NCBI GenBank assembly: GCA_051313645.2
Contig: JBNRSN020000009.1
Span: 97,464,001 to 97,528,000 of the forward strand
Source of the DNA: Centroscyllium fabricii
Lineage: Eukaryota
Direction: 5' to 3'
DNA length: 64,000 bases
Shown piece by piece: positions 62,850 to 64,000 of this stretch. The translations under genes were made by a program, and so were the position numbers. Numbering within the stretch: the first letter of the stretch is position 1; each line of letters starts with the position of its first letter. Below the pieces are notes generated by a model. That model worked only from the letters and a program-made list of their open reading frames with translations, searched no databases and had not been told where the DNA came from.

Positions 62850-63210
62850 TTGTAAGACACTTTTGAGCTGTATGTAGTTTGGAAGTGTTTGGAATAAACT
62901 CTCATCCACTGTCACCTCCTTGGAGCAAGCTCTCTCACCATTGACAGATCGCTTCTGTCATCACAACTTCAGCTGCCATCTATTCCAGCAACATTGGTAC
63001 AATTGAAGAAGTCCTCTGAATGCCTCCACAATCAGCCCCAAGACCAATATCACCAGGCACACCAACATCACCAACAACAATAACAAACTTCTCCGCAATC
63101 ACCTAATGCTGCACAGGACAGAGGGCATCAGAACCCGACAACATTGCTGCCCGGGAGGCCAGCAATGGCCTAACCATGGCCAGATTTACTTTACTTGACG
63201 CTGTATACCC
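62850..63210 (+). mobile_element. Possible internally deleted Harbinger remnant
   Basis: AAREASNGLTMARF (63146-63187) resembles Harbinger transposase C-termini; weak, recalled similarity only. Confidence 0.3.
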
Positions 63211-63439
63211 TGTGTCATAAAACACGACTTCAGAAATAACTTAGGAAGAGTTACTGGTTGGCCAGCTGAGGGCGGCGACCGGGGAGTATAAATACTCAGG
63301 CATGGGCCCACCTTGGACAGAAATAATCTGAAACCAGGAAGCTAGTGACTGTTAACCAGCTCTCTTTATGTTGTGATATAAGTCGAATAAAGCCTTGCTT
63401 TATATCCAACCAAGAGCATAGTAAGTCTTTATTACGTCA
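63211..63439 (+). repeat. Probable 5' LTR of a second Gypsy element
   Basis: Starts TG, TATAAA ~63287, AATAAA ~63387, ends CA; gag follows; partner LTR lies outside the window. Confidence 0.6.
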
Positions 63440-63537
63440 ATTTATTTGACTTATTATTGTCTCCACGCTTGGGTGATTCGGAACAACCAGTTGCAACTCA
63501 ACCTCAGAAAGTAACTTGGCAAGGAATTGAATCCATC

Positions 63538-64000
63538 ATGGAAAACTCCTGAGACCCACTCGCCTTGACCTGGACCCAAATATACCTGCAGCAGCAAAGG
63601 TATGGAAGCATTGGTTTCATACTATTAGCAACTTTCTTGAAAAATGTGGGGCGGAGGCCTCTATTAAATTACTAATGCTTATCAACTATGTGTCCCCTCA
63701 TGTATATGATTATATTGAGGACTGTACAGACTACGACTCTGCTATCCAAATTTTACAGCAGCTGTATGTCAAATCTCCGAATGAAATCTTTACGCGACAC
63801 TTACTGGCAACAACTCGGCAGCAGCGGGGGGAATCACTCAACGAATTCCTCCAGAAACTTCGTAGGCTTAGTAAAGACTGTAACTTTAAGGCTATTACAG
63901 CTGAGCAATATCAAGAGGAACTCATCTGCAGCAAAAAAGGACACTTCTCCAAGGTATGCCAGTCAAAAGCCTCTGCTAACAAGCAAGGCCGCTTCCATAG
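63538..64000 (+). pseudogene. Ty3/Gypsy gag, frameshifted near the ATG, open to the window end
   Basis: LLRPTRLDLDPNIPAAAKVWKHW...NEIFTRHLLATTRQQRGESLNEFLQKLRRLSKDCNF...CSKKGHFSKVC. Confidence 0.85.

Overview
Vertebrate nuclear DNA, almost certainly a cartilaginous fish (shark), judged from HE1 V-SINEs, HER1-type CR1 LINEs and a SacSINE1-like DeuSINE. I found no intact host protein-coding exon. The window looks like the CpG-island promoter (~50.9-54.3 kb) and 5' introns or untranslated exons of an unidentified minus-strand gene, densely filled with nested transposable elements. These include CR1, L2, Rex1/Babar and Vingi LINE fragments, several SINE families, Penelope-derived ends carrying minimal hammerhead ribozymes, and Tc1/pogo-type and PIF/Harbinger-type MITEs. 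There is also a full-length decayed CsRn1-clade Gypsy element (36981-41330) and the start of a second Gypsy element at the right edge. The two most unusual items lie at 21.2-22.9 kb. One is a 5S-rRNA-derived SINE with a Rex1/Babar-type tail. The other is a Pack-type pogo-like MITE that carries a decayed L2 fragment, a 153-bp hairpin and a dense cluster of NRF1/YY1/ETS/CRE promoter motifs. Family names come from motif recognition by eye, not database searches, and boundaries of old repeats are approximate.
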